A stretch of 64,000 nt of DNA from Antedon mediterranea (lineage: Eukaryota; Animalia; Echinodermata), in contig NC_092679.1 in the NCBI RefSeq assembly GCF_964355755.1, positions 23,295,432 through 23,359,431 of the forward strand, given 5' to 3'. Below the pieces are notes generated by a model. The model saw nothing but the letters and a program-made list of their open reading frames with translations. It ran no database searches and was not told the origin of the DNA. The position numbers and the translations under genes are program-made. The number at the start of each line of letters is the position of its first letter. Within the stretch, counting starts at the first letter, position 1. Positions 1 through 12,405 of this stretch are shown one piece after another.

Positions 1-1149
1 AGCGATAATGTAACTGTAATCTTCAGGCGCCTGCTGAATCGAACTGTCGATGGAAAAGGGGTGATCATCAAAATATATTGTAACATTTAAATCTGTTTAA
101 TATCAGTATCAGGCGTGTGTTCGATTAGATTATTGATCGTGAGATCGTGGTTCGAATCCAACTGTCGCCGCATTTCTTGTATCCTTATAGACACTTACTT
201 ACTGTATACATTTGCATCTGTCCACCCAGGTCATGTTTGACTCAACAAATGACCGGGGTAATAATGTGCTATGTGCATTTGAGCATGATTATTCTAAATA
301 GAAATGTGGTAATTATTATTGTCAGCATCAAGGTACACCCATTTTAAAGGAGATCACTTTCTCGTTCAACGAACAAGGGGGGAAGTATATGTTTTAAGAC
401 GTAGGCCATCCAATCCCTATTTAATGGACATCAAATATTATGGGGAAAATATGTTGGGTTCCAAGGGTGTCCTTAATCTATAGGGATTCCAATGTATATC
501 ACTGAAGCCGTCATACGTTCTCTATTTCTATTTATGAAGAACTTTTAATCTTACAAATACACATCCACATCTAGCTTCATTGTCTTTTATATTTCAATAT
601 AGCCTATAGTAGTTAAAAAACAATTAAAATGAATATTATTGCTGTGTATGTCGTTTCTGACAATATTCTGGCGTGTTTTTTGTTTGCTGCAGCAGACAAT
701 AATATCGGGTTTTTTAAACTGTGGGCCTAATTTGGGCATGATACTCTGTGTATCGGTCTGTGTGTTTTTAAAACGCTGCGAGTGAACTGAAACAGAAATG
801 TATATAAATCCAAAGGCAATGCTATGGGTATCAGCGATAAGTAAAACAGTCAAACAAAATTGGCAGAACTTTCAAGCAACATCAGTGCAAGAAATGTAAA
901 ATCCTACTGCATACTGACGCCAATGTTGATGAAGAATTAATTTCGTTTAATAACCAGAGGAAAATTGTCTTAATTTTGAAGACGTAAAAAGCTGTAGGTT
1001 AGTCGAAAGTAAATACACAATAATTAATAGCAATATAAACCAGGATACGTGTCAACAATAACAGCCACGGGTCTTTGAAATGGTTAGTTGATCGTTTGTA
1101 TTATTACAATACCACTATGTATAAGAATACATCGTCATAATGAAGTAGG

Positions 1150-1328
1150 TTTATAATAATGATCTATAGACAGGATTCAGACACATTTTTATCGGGAAAA
1201 TAGACTTATAAATAATGATCTATAGACAGGATTCAGACACATTGTATCGGGAAAATAGACTTATAAATAATGATCTATAGACAGGATTCAGACACATTTG
1301 TATCGGCAAAATAGACTTATAAATAATA
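1150..1328. repeat. About 55-bp tandem repeat x3
   Basis: ATAATGATCTATAGACAGGATTCAGACACATT..AAAATAGACTTATA repeated. Confidence 0.9.
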
Positions 1329-4300
1329 ACAAGAGTAAGATCATTAAATAGATTGTGTATAAAAGTTGATCGAAAATCGATTGATTGATAATATATAATG
1401 AATATTGAAGCCGCCAGAAACCCCTGTAAATTCAGCAACGTGTGTGTATTCAAAATTTAATCATAGTTCGTCAAATAGGTAGGCCTATAAAAATAATAAA
1501 TTCTTAACTCTATAATAATTTGTGTATTTTTATTGGACCATTTTTGGGGTATTTATTTCTAAGTTTTTAATGCACCAAGACAAGGAAGTTCTTCCTCCCT
1601 ATAGGCCTAATACTTCCAGCCAATGAAAGTGCAGACAACATTTACGCTACCACATCAACGATTACTGTGTTATATCGTTAAATCAAAGACAAGAATATGA
1701 GATATTCCAATGTTTATTTTTTGGTTGCCAACGATTTCGATTTTCAAATAACGTCATCATAATGTTACGCACACACTTCACGTGCAAAGTGGGTTACTTA
1801 TCTCTGCTTGAAATCATCGTATCATCATAAACAAGACACTAAGACAACCCATCCGAACAAGACCAAGTCCATAGGGACACCTAATTGCTGCTAAACTCAA
1901 TACCTAATCCATAGACAGTTTATTAAATAACCAATACTTTAGTATAGCCGTCCAACAACAAGCACACGCTGATTGGGTTCACATGTTATAGGTCTGCTCG
2001 TATTGATCATACGATAAAATATATGGGAGTATAAATTAATGGAGTCCGATAATAGTGATTGAATTAAATATATGCTCGGTCGTGTTTTTCAAACATTAAA
2101 GATCTCAGAAAAACGAGTAGCGGATCGCACACGTACCCACTGTCCTCTCTCTTGTTTAATAAATCCCTTTAAAATATATATAGGCGCGGCCTACCGTATA
2201 ATATATATAAATGCGCCCACACTGCAAACAAAATATATGAAGATCACAGTTAAGTAGACTAATTCATCGGTAAGAAGACCAGTTGGTTATAAATTTAATT
2301 TTGATGGAGTACCTCTTTTACACGCAATTTATACGTATATCAAAATGTCCTAAACCACGACAAAAACAATTACATCTTGTAGGCCTTTTTAACTTCACTT
2401 TATCACTTCTTCTTTAAGGTTTCTTAATTATTATCGTATCAGTCACTTTACAATCATTTTTAAATGAACCACGATAAAAAAAAAACCCACAAATATTATA
2501 ACTCGTAACTTACATTTATCTCTTCTTCTTTTCAACATTACCAATCAATCAGTTTTAGAATCATCTCATTAAATGAACACACGGGCAAATCGCATGGACA
2601 ACAACCGAGTGTAACAGTTTTCAGGTTTACTCGCAATGTAATATGGCCTAGAGTATGTGTCGCAAAACACAGCCTTGAGACCGTTGTTGTCATGTCACGC
2701 ACTGGGCCGGCGAACTCCCGCTAATGCGTCTTTGCTTCTTCAATGCACTTGTAATTGTTAGATAACCGTCGTACTTGCCCACATATATGACCTACATTTA
2801 AAATGTGACGAGCAGGCGATTGATCACTGATCGGTGTCTTTTGAATATCGTACGTTTAATAAACAGGGTCGTCATCCCTGTACAATACCACGTGCTATAT
2901 CGCAGGATATACCGCGTAGTCTGATTTTAACAGATGAATACCGTCGATGGCGCTTAGATGTCGCATCACGAATTAGAATCTAACAACAATCGATCGTGCG
3001 ACGAAATTTGTCGCGAATAATTATAAATTAAGCGAACAATCTCAGATGATTATCTTTCGCGCCAAATTTAAGTAGTTTGAAACACTCAGGTTGTATAAAC
3101 AAAATCTCCGAGGTACGTTTCCATTTGACGCCGTTAAAAAAAGTTGTCTCTGGAAAACAAAGGTGGATTACCCGACGATACAACAGCGGTATCAGTTCTA
3201 GCGACGTTAAACAACTAGCAGTATCGCGTCTTCAGACAGCAACAATCGTCCCATGGTAGTACTGAAGTTTATTGAAATTACTAGGTTTAAATGTTAGGTA
3301 GTAAGGTAGTTAGAAGCTAGGTTTGACCTGTTGCCGTCAGGAGACGCGTAATACCGAGGACGTAACGTCGGACGTGATACCGTACGAGAATCGGCTGCGT
3401 GGATCGGACACAAACAATTTAATTATTCCAGTTAGGCCTAATTACGGTGTCAAATGTGACCGCAGTACGGTATACAGGCGAGTTTGTAGGAGATTAACCC
3501 GGGGATCAAACGGCCTCGGCTCTCCCTAAAAGCTTTTCATTATATCCGTGTATTCGCCTCTCACCTCCTGGATTCACCCCTGTTACAAGCCTGTGACATG
3601 TGAATAATTGTGGGTGCCACAAACGATAATAATTGGCCAATAGAATAATTAATATTATTCAACAAAATAATAAATACTATTCGACGCCATACACATAATC
3701 CCAAGTGTAGGCCTACGGTATAGTAATACATGTGCAATACAGGTACAGTAGTCGAGAAGGTTTGCGCGTGAAATCTCATAGAAAATCTCTCACTGAATAT
3801 TAATTATCGCACATCGGTTAGTTAATTAAAAGTTTGTGTGGCCAGCTGTGTATCAGTTAGGCAGCCCAGAAGGCGATTTGGGCTCATCTTAACAACCCAT
3901 TGCGATCATCATCACGACATAATAGTTTGGAATTAATCTCTCGTTGCACATAACGAATTTTGCATCTTGTTCAGTTAATCAATGATGCGATTTGTAAATT
4001 TATGTAAAAAAAATCGTTCGGTTTTGACACTATAAAAAATACGATGGATTATTAGGACTCACAATCCTGCTATAGCGTTCAGTTGGGACAGTAGGCGCGA
4101 AAGGTGAACCAAAAATATTTATTCTTTGCCACGAGTTATTATGGGGGCCCCAGAGCAGTGCCAAGAGGAAAAAACAGGCATTGAAATAATGTCGAAAATG
4201 CTAAAAACATCCAAGGTCTCCACTCTCCACAGGGCCACTTAGAGTTCCTAAACCCAGGGCCTCAGGTCTCTACGTTACGCCACTGTAGGCCCTATATAGG

Positions 4301-4821
4301 GAGAATTCGTTTGGGTCGGTAGAAGCGAAAGACGAACGTTAAATGAACCAAATAACTCATGAAAAATTACCGTGTCATTCCGTCTTCCGAAAACACGCTA
4401 AATATAAAAGTACATTCGAGTTATTAGAACAGTAGATCCTAGTATTTCTACTACTACTAGCCTATTAAGTAATTTTTCTTGAATGTTGTTATTGAAAGTG
4501 ATCTTGACCGAACGAACGAGTGAATAAATGAAACGAAACCTGGCAGATATATTCATCCCGGACAGCATGGCTCCATTTTGTAGAATAATTCAACAACGGA
4601 AAACGTTAGCAACGATCTATTATTATTATCTGTTTCTTCTTCTACGACAATCAATGTATTAAAAAGTGCATTTGGCCTCAGGGAGGGTTAGCAAAAGATA
4701 TTGAATGTAGCAATTATGTTATTAAATAAACTAGGTCGAAGAAATTAGAAAAACACCGATTTAAGACATCAATTTACATGTAAGATTGCGTATCATAAAT
4801 TGGATGTTAATAACATAAAAT

Positions 4822-4914
4822 TATTCTAAATAAATAAATAATTCTAAATAAATAAATAATTCTAAATAAATAAATAATTCTAAATAAATAAATAATTCTA
4901 AATAAATAAATAAT
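4822..4914. repeat. 18-bp AT-rich tandem repeat x5
   Basis: ATTCTAAATAAATAAATA units. Confidence 0.85.
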
Positions 4915-5988
4915 TTGGAATAATTAATTTGGAATAAATAATTTAAAAATACATTATTAACATTTTAGATAATAAAGAAAACATAGTAGGGACTATCCAA
5001 ATACTGCTTTTGCAATTGTACGAATATTGGATGTCGATGTCGAAATAAAAAGGTTGATCACCTTTCGTATTTCACATATCAGTATTATAATTCTGAATAA
5101 ATACATAACTCTAAATAAATAAATAAATAATGTAAACATTAATTATAAAGATGACTATTTACACGTTAAACCTGGACAATAATAATAAAGAAATGTTTAT
5201 ATAGGAATAGTCCGGATTGTGTAATCCTGTATGAAGTTAATACCGTATGTCAAAAGGAATAATATATAACATTATAAATAAGGTCGATAACTTTCCGTAT
5301 TTGACAGTTTCATTGCAGAAAAAATAAAAGAAATAATTGTAAATAAATAAACAATGTATAAAGATTCCTATAGTCATGTCTTAAAATCTAGAATATTTGA
5401 TATAAAATAATTTGTAATAATAATAATTATAATACTGTATTTGGTATTCTAATTAATAAGGTCGATAACCTACCTAGTTCACAATATAAAATCATTCGAT
5501 ACGGGTTATTGTGTGCTTATTACTAATATAGCCCATGGGCTTATCAATCCATTAATTAACCGATTTTGCATCCGTGTCATCCTTCAGAATCAGATAACTC
5601 ACGATAAATGATTTCTTCCACACACAAGCCGCTTCTCCAATGATATTTAATTGTTATTGCGTATTTTTATTTGCAAAAAAGATTGACCAAAGGCCGGTTA
5701 TATTTCTAAATGTATTTCAAAATATTACCGATTAATTGTATTAATCATTGAATGAGTTGAATAAAAGTGATGGTTCAAGCCACAAAAGAGAAACAAATTA
5801 CATGTTTAGCTTTTATTTTATTACAAAAATATAGTATAAGTATATGTCTATAGGTGAATAAAGAATTAAACAACTGATATAGATTCTACGTGGGACAAGC
5901 TACGCGGTTTTCCGCTATTGCTACCGCTCGTTCATCGAAAAGACAACTATTTTCTCAGTGGTAATGCGCCGACAAACTGAACGTCTTG

Positions 5989-6147
5989 AGCCGATTTTCC
6001 ACTAGGCGAATTTGTTTGCGCGAATCGAAGGCGTCAGCTAATACGCATGCGTAGAGAAGGATTTGGAAGACGTAAACATGAATACACATGCGTACAAGCT
6101 GGCGCGTTCGATTCGCGCGAACAAATTCGCCTAGTGGAAAATCGGCT
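5989..6147. mobile_element. Palindromic PIF/Harbinger-like MITE
   Basis: Long TIRs AGCCGATTTTCCACTAGGCGAATTTGTT / AACAAATTCGCCTAGTGGAAAATCGGCT, followed by TTA. Confidence 0.8.
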
Positions 6148-6980
6148 TTAGCGCGTCAACTATTAATGAAATCTATCAGCTTTCACGCGCAATTGGTCGC
6201 CCATCATCTTATAGCAACAAAATCAATATCCCAGGCTAAATGCAAAACTGACCAATCATTGTAAAAATGTCAATCAAAAACTGACCAATCACTCCCCTCA
6301 CGTTGTGTACGAGTGTCAATAAAAACCTGACCAATAACAGATTATATAAATAGCAAAAATGTAAAACAACAAATCGTGTACAATACATTAAAACTATCTT
6401 ACAATTTTCACACACATGTAATTACAAATATGACTTGTTATATTAAGGGACCTTGTCAACATTAATTTACTGAAGATACTGCAGTAACACATTTTTTAAT
6501 ACTCTATCTCTGGTTCCAAAGTGCAGTTCAGAAGTTATAATTTAGAAACTTTACAAAAGCATTGCAAGAACATAGAGGGTGCTACATATTTTTAAATATA
6601 TCCAAATATAGAGGGCGATATTCATAATAAGATATTTTTGCATCAGCTTCTACAAAATAGGAGTAGGCCTATCAATCAGATAAATGTTTATTCCATAAAA
6701 CGTAAAAATAAGGTTGTAATGTACATCATCAAAAGTTATGCAAAAGGGAACTCCAAATAAGCAAAGCTTTTAAGCAGAGACACTTACAAAACAATAAAGT
6801 AATAAGAAGTAGTAACAGGAATAAAAACAAATGAAAACAAGAATAAATTAATAAAAAGACCCTTCTTAAGACTGGCAACAAAATAAAAAATAATCAGAAA
6901 AAATTAACTAACTATCAATTTCAGGGTATTGGGTTCAAATCCTGTCTTATTAACAACTCCACTCCAATATACTTGTTTAA

Positions 6981-7117
6981 AGCTCTGTCTACACCATCAA
7001 ACTAGTTTGACAAAAAAGTGTGATGAGCCCAAATAGAAGTGATATGACATCATCGTGTCCATATATGGGCACATCACATTTTTGGTTACATAAAGGTTGT
7101 GTAGTGTGGACAGAGAT
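6981..7117. mobile_element. Harbinger-like MITE (AGCTCTGTCYACAC family)
   Basis: TIR AGCTCTGTCTACAC / GTGTGGACAGAG. A second copy at 50737-50831 has a TAA TSD, and a partial copy lies at about 41676-41805. Confidence 0.75.
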
Positions 7118-7300
7118 ACTTTGTTATATGTAGAGCATCTTGTTTGAATATTTGTCTTAATAAGGACAGTAAATGAAATCACTTAAGCTTTTACCAAATG
7201 CAAGATGAAACCTTTAGCGGGAGATGATGGTTCGCTCAAAAACTTCCATGATTATCAGGAGAGTTTAGAGGTCTCATAGTCAATAACGAAGTAAAAAATA

Positions 7301-7501
7301 TCAATTAAACCATATCAATCGATCGTCTCGTACATGACCTGTACGATACCCTGTAAGAAGCGGATCAACAGTTGAATTGAATGCATAATTGTTTTCAATG
7401 TATATCTTAGGTTTTCTGGCACACTCACCATCTAACACATGTTTTGGTAGCTTAAGCTGCTCTAACACTGCTGTGTAGTAGCCTTGCACAGAAAAGAATT
7501 T
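7301..7501 (-). CDS. CBM9-like last exon: KFFSVQGYYTAVLEQL...GHVRDDRLIWFN-stop
   Basis: TAG acceptor at 7502-7504, 201 nt, TGA stop. Total CDS is 1131 nt (376 aa). Confidence 0.88.
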   Translation of the reverse strand, partial: KFFSVQGYYTAVLEQLKLPKHVLDGECARKPKIYIENNYAFNSTVDPLLTGYRTGHVRDDRLIWFN

Positions 7502-7828
7502 CTATAAAAACCCCAAAACAGAAGGTTTTTGTTTGTGTGTTTGTTTATTGATTTTCCAAAAATAATAATAATAATATATTTCTTTATAGTTAATTAAATA
7601 GGTATAAATGTGGATGGTGGTCAAAATAAGTCTAAAAATAGACTTTAAGCAGAGATCACCATTTACAAAATAGAGAAACAATAATTGAAAAAATTTACTA
7701 AATAAATAATAAATAAATAAAAGGTAGAGTGGTCAGTTGTGGTCAGTTTAGAACGTTTAGAGAGATTGAGAGAAAAATGGTAGATTTAGATTAGAGTATT
7801 TGACAAAATTGACAACAACTTTGCATAC

Positions 7829-7937
7829 CTTTTCTGCATTATAGACATTGACAAGACTGTCATACACTGGCCAATCAGGACTTGGGGTGAATACTGTCGC
7901 GTTCACAGCACTGCTACTAAATTGTATAATACCCCAT
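7829..7937 (-). CDS. CBM9-like exon 10: WGIIQFSSSAVNATVFTPSPDWPVYDSLVNVYNAEK
   Basis: Within ORF 7757..7996. TAG acceptor and AAG|GTATGC donor. Confidence 0.9.
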
Positions 7938-8061
7938 CTATCAAAAAAAAAATAGATAATAAACAATAGTACTGTATTCAACAATTTTAATATCAATCAA
8001 TTTAATTGATCAATTAATCTTAATATTGTTGATATAATTTGGAGAAATGAATAACCTTTAC

Positions 8062-8132
8062 CTCTCTGGTAGGTGCATGTTGATGGCATTTTGAGATGAC
8101 CACACCCAATTGTCCTCTGACATACCTGCAAC
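8062..8132 (-). CDS. CBM9-like exon 9: VAGMSEDNWVWSSQNAINMHLPE(R)
   Basis: EDNWVWS and NMH-PE-W motifs. 71 nt, in phase. Confidence 0.92.
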
Positions 8133-8229
8133 CTGTATTCAAACATGACGAAAAGGAGAAAATAAAACAGAAGTATGACAACCAGGGTTCGGAACTAATG
8201 ACCTGAAATTATTATTATTATTATGAATC

Positions 8230-8492
8230 ACTTCCCGTCGCCTTCGCTCGTCTTCAAAAAATTTTCTTTCCATTCCGACTTTTAATACTAAAACGTATGG
8301 CCTAAGCACCTTGACTTCTGCTGCCTCTCGCTTATGGAATGACCTACCCGCCTCTTAGGTCATGTTCTTCTACCATCGCCTTTAAATCTGCCTTGAAAAC
8401 TCATCTTTTTCTTTCAAATTGAGCTCTCTCATACATTGCGTCTTTGATCACTTACTGCTGGAATTGGCGCGTTACAAATTCATATTATTATT
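8230..8492 (+). mobile_element. 5'-truncated L2-group LINE 3' end
   Basis: Degraded ORF2 C-terminus TKTYG..AASRLWNDLP..FKSALKTHLF, short 3'UTR and (ATT)n tail. Confidence 0.75.
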
Positions 8493-8536
8493 AAGAGACA
8501 TTTATAGGATATTATAAGTATAAAAATAGTACTAAC

Positions 8537-8579
8537 CTTTACATAATGACCATTTACATTTTGTACATGCCACTCAACC
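8537..8579 (-). CDS. CBM9-like exon 8: VEWHVQNVNGHYVK
   Basis: 43 nt, continues (R)VEW. AG acceptor and GTTAGT donor. Confidence 0.88.
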
Positions 8580-8884
8580 CTTCAAAAAATAAAAAACTAA
8601 GGTCATAGGTCAACTCTGATTATTGAACTTGTTATCATATCATATATACATACAAAATGTGTAAAAAAAACTATGGAATTAGCATAAATGCGTAGTGGTG
8701 GCGGTATTAGTAATGTGGTAGGCGAACGCAACCGACAGCCGCACACAAAATATCTACATAAGCTTGTTCCTTTCAATTCCTATAGTTGCCCAACATGTTC
8801 TATTTTTTTGGAATGAAACTGAACGTAACTGAAAAATTTGATTTGCGTCGCACAAGCAGTAACGTCTTTTATTCAGCAACTTAC

Positions 8885-8996
8885 CTGCTAAAATTAATTC
8901 TCCATTGGTCATTATCCTTTGGAGGAGCTGTAACTTTCACGTTTTCCCGAATCAGATCGGAGAACGGCAAAGCAAGTTCAACTGTCCAATATTTGT
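8885..8996 (-). CDS. CBM9-like exon 7: NKYWTVELALPFSDLIRENVKVTAPPKDNDQWRINFSR
   Basis: WTVE-A-P and WRINFSR motifs. 112 nt, in phase. Confidence 0.94.
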
Positions 8997-9424
8997 CTAG
9001 AAAGCAAACACAAAGAAATCTTCAAAGAACATTCTCTTTGTTGTGGGGGAAAACCAGAACACGACAAAAATGTAAAACTATGCAACATGAGTATATACAT
9101 CCTGGTGCTAGCCGAGAATGATACTTCAAGAAAAATAAGATACTTGGGAAAAAATTAAGTAATCCAACCAAGAAAATTAGGCCATCTACGCACCCACAGT
9201 AGCCAGCAGCTGTACAGGGTTTACCCAGGGGAACGACAGAGGCTAAAGGACAAATACAAAAGGGTAATCTCTTCTAAAAGATGCACTGGGTACAGACAAG
9301 CCACATGTATAGCTCCAGTTTTAAGTTCTTATACAAGAAGACTTTGATGGCTACAATGAGGTAAAATACAGAAAAACCTTTAATTGGGGTCCTATTGTGT
9401 ATGTTACTTATAGTTAAAACTTAC

Positions 9425-9524
9425 TTTTAATATTTGGATCATTGATTGGTCCATCAACATATATTGCTGTCTTCATGGTTGGCATTTCAAAGCTGTTGTT
9501 TGGCGTTCCACCATTCATATAGGG
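9425..9524 (-). CDS. CBM9-like exon 6: PYMNGGTPNNSFEMPTMKTAIYVDGPINDPNIK
   Basis: CAG acceptor, GTAAGT donor. PY-x-GG...DG-IND motif. Confidence 0.92.
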
Positions 9525-9818
9525 CTGTAATGAAAACAAAAAGTAAACAGATAACATACATATAGAGAACATACAGATAACATACATATAAGGAACATAC
9601 AGATAACACACATATAACATACATAGGCCTATGTTAACAATTCTACATTATATTGCACATTTACCAAAAGCTTTAAAGGGTAGATTTGAGTGCAACATTT
9701 CTATTGTTTATTATAAAATATAAACATTTTTTTTTAAATGGATAATTATTCGTTTACACTCTTAACAAATCCGTTAAATTCTGTACATTTTACCAAAGAA
9801 TATAAATAGGTAAAGAAT

Positions 9819-10185
9819 CAACAGTACGCGCGGTTATACATAGAAGGATAGGAAACGCGGACGCTTATTCATGGACGCGTAAGAATCCAGCAGCCGAACG
9901 ACGGCGGGCTCTAGATATGGTTCCCGTCTAATCCCACGTTTGGATGGATCGTGATGATCTGATGTTCTCGCGTCTGTGCTCAACTAATTTTGATATTATT
10001 AATATTTTAGATAATCATTTTGATAAATAATCATCGTTTGCATTTTTATAGATATTTACAATAAAAGTTTTACCTTACCCACGCCTGAAGGTGGCGCACT
10101 TCTTCTAGCGAAAAAGAAGTGCGCCACCTTCAGGCGTAGGCAAATAGTAACCCGGATGTGGTTTACACCGCCAACTGAACTGTTG
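9819..10185. mobile_element. Putative non-autonomous element with a strong internal GC hairpin
   Basis: Short inverted ends CAACAGT / ACTGTTG. Perfect 24-bp stem ACGCCTGAAGGTGGCGCACTTCTT at 10081-10137. Confidence 0.5.
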
Positions 10186-10484
10186 TATCTTCTCCTTTTA
10201 TTATCTTTGATTTTACTTGTATTCAATTCTGAATATACATATCATCTTAACAAAATTTCTTGTAATAATCCATTAATATTTATACATTTTCCCCCCTACA
10301 CGGTTTTTTTTAACTGTTTCGATTCATGTTCTTCTACTTATACATACATTTAATCCCTTGACATATTTTGACATATTTTGTTTTTAATTGCAACAACATT
10401 CACAATAAATTCACAACAGTGAAGCAAAATAAGCGGCCTGAAATAAGCAATTTTTTTAAAGTTTATTTATTATCGCTAGCATAC

Positions 10485-10542
10485 CTTGTTCAGTTCCAGA
10501 TCCCATGTTGTGTTGATTGCATTTATTTCAAATTCTTTATAC
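10485..10542 (-). CDS. CBM9-like exon 5: YKEFEINAINTTWDLELNK
   Basis: Conserved YxEFEIN...WDL motif. 58 nt, in phase. Confidence 0.92.
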
Positions 10543-10886
10543 CTTAAAAATAAATCAAATAATCTATAAGACTCACATATCTACTAATTTCAAGGCAACG
10601 TCATCAATTTAACAAATGCAACTATATTTCAATAGTGGGCTAGTGAAAATAGTGGACGTGAGCAGTATCCAAGTGTGCAAGTAATATGAAAAAGATAATA
10701 AAAGGTATGACTCTGTATGAATCAAATAAAGAAAGACTTACAAGGACATGTAGACACTATTAAACACAATAACAAACCCAATAAACACATAAACAGACAA
10801 ACATGGAAACAAATTGTGGAAAGCGTAATGTCGGAAGACGGAAAACGTTAAGAAGATGACTCGTTTAAAAAAAATTTGATACGTAC

Positions 10887-10918
10887 CAGTGTGTACTCCA
10901 ATCAGGATTTATAAATAC
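10887..10918 (-). CDS. CBM9-like microexon 4 (32 nt): VFINPDWSTH(W)
   Basis: TTAG acceptor and GTACGT donor. Phase 0 to 2 fits the next exon. Confidence 0.87.
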
Positions 10919-11150
10919 CTAATTAAGATAAAAATAAATTGATAATGCAAGTAAAAAAAATAAAACAATATCGGACTCGTGGAAAAACCGGAAACTCTCC
11001 TAAAAACAGTATGTTATTTTGGTTTTTTACACGTGACTGTTCCTAACATTTTTTTATTCTGTTTCACAAAAATCAGCACAATTTCTCAGCTGAATAACGG
11101 TAATAGGACAATAGGAAACATTTTTAGAAATGGCATTTTCATTTACTTAC

Positions 11151-11173
11151 TTCAAAGTCATTATCTTTAAAAA
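11151..11173 (-). CDS. CBM9-like microexon 3 (23 nt): VFKDNDFE
   Basis: TTTCAG acceptor and GTAAGT donor. Supplies the conserved DNDFE motif and restores phase (1 to 0). Confidence 0.88.
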
Positions 11174-11743
11174 CTGAAACAAAAGAAAGAAATAAATTTA
11201 TTATTATACTTTTTTATACTGGTGTAAAAAACCCCATTTTAAGATCAATCAATCTTTTTTAAAGCAAAATTCCAACAATCATTGTAAAAAGAAATCAGAA
11301 AAGGCGATTTTTGTACTCAATTGACTTGAAATTGTCCGATAAATGACAAGTTTCTAGTGAGGAAGGCAAACTTTTTCCAAAACACATATTCATATTTTTG
11401 CTGTCCTACATCACACTAAAAGCAAGTTTTACATGTATTACCTACACTTACAGTTCTAGATCTGACAAATTCACAACACTCCAAATCTGCTTTTCAACAA
11501 TACTAACCATCAATTAGTCCAGGTGGAAAGCTATGTATATATGACACTGTTGGCAATAAGGCAAGTATTGTAATATATCAACGTGAAAACATGTTGAAAA
11601 AAAAGGCGAGGAAGGTGATACATAGATAGATAGTATACTTCGGTGTCGTACATCAAGAATAACCCACTAAGTCCTCAGACTTGTTTCAGGTGAGGTTTTT
11701 CTGGTGTTGAAATGGGCAGTACGCCAGGCGAGACGATCCCCAT

Positions 11744-11972
11744 CTCTTTTCAAAGAGTGTACTGCGTTCCTTTAGCGTGGTTACCAATATAGAGTGTCCT
11801 ACTCTTTTCAAAGAGTGTACAGTACTGCGTTCCTTTTGCGTGGTTACCACTAGAGAGTCCCCTACTCTTTTCAAAGAGTGTACTGCGTTCCTTTAGCGTG
11901 GTTACCACTAGAGAGTCCCCTACTCTTTTCAAAGAGTGTACTGCGTTCCTTCAGCTTGGTTACCACTAGAGA
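11744..11972. repeat. About 58-bp tandem repeat x4 at a SINE/MITE junction
   Basis: Units start at 11744, 11802, 11865 and 11923. Each is a Deu-SINE-like segment plus the MITE TIR AGCGTGGTTACCACTAGAG. Confidence 0.88.
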
Positions 11973-12267
11973 TGCAACACAAGAGAGATGAAAAACAACA
12001 AGCGAATATTGTATCGATTGTGATTGGTCAAATCACCTACGTTGGATTACGTCCTTGTGTTTTGTCTCTAGTGTGTGAACCAAAAATAACATTCATACAT
12101 GGCATTTTGCACACAGGACTAACAGCTTAATGCCTCATCCGAAAGACGGTGCGCTATCGATTATCTAACCCTCCAGTTGGAACACACTTAGAGCGACGAT
12201 GATATTCGAACCGTGGTGGTATTTCAATAAGTAGGTCAATGTCTACCGCCCTCTATTCACCACTTAC

Positions 12268-12405
12268 CTACTGAATTGTGTTTTGTTTGATTAGCAAACA
12301 CATCAGTTTCCTCTAGGTATGCCCCAATATACAAGTACTTATCGTCCCATCTCAACTTGGCCCAGGTCTGAAAACGAGGCTTAGCGAAGCTGTCTCCTTG
12401 AATAT
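12268..12405 (-). CDS. CBM9-like exon 2: DIQGDSFAKPRFQTWAKLRWDDKYLYIGAYLEETDVFANQTKHNSV
   Basis: TTTAG acceptor, GTAAGT donor, 138 nt. WDD-YLYI motif. Confidence 0.93.

Noticed and set aside
120-300. tRNA gene (GGTTCGAATCC B-box)
   Set aside because: No complete cloverleaf is visible. More likely a degraded tRNA-derived SINE head.
11508-11530. Alternative candidate for CBM9-like exon 3
   Set aside because: Contains an in-frame stop. The 11151-11173 microexon supplies the conserved DNDFE motif in the correct phase.
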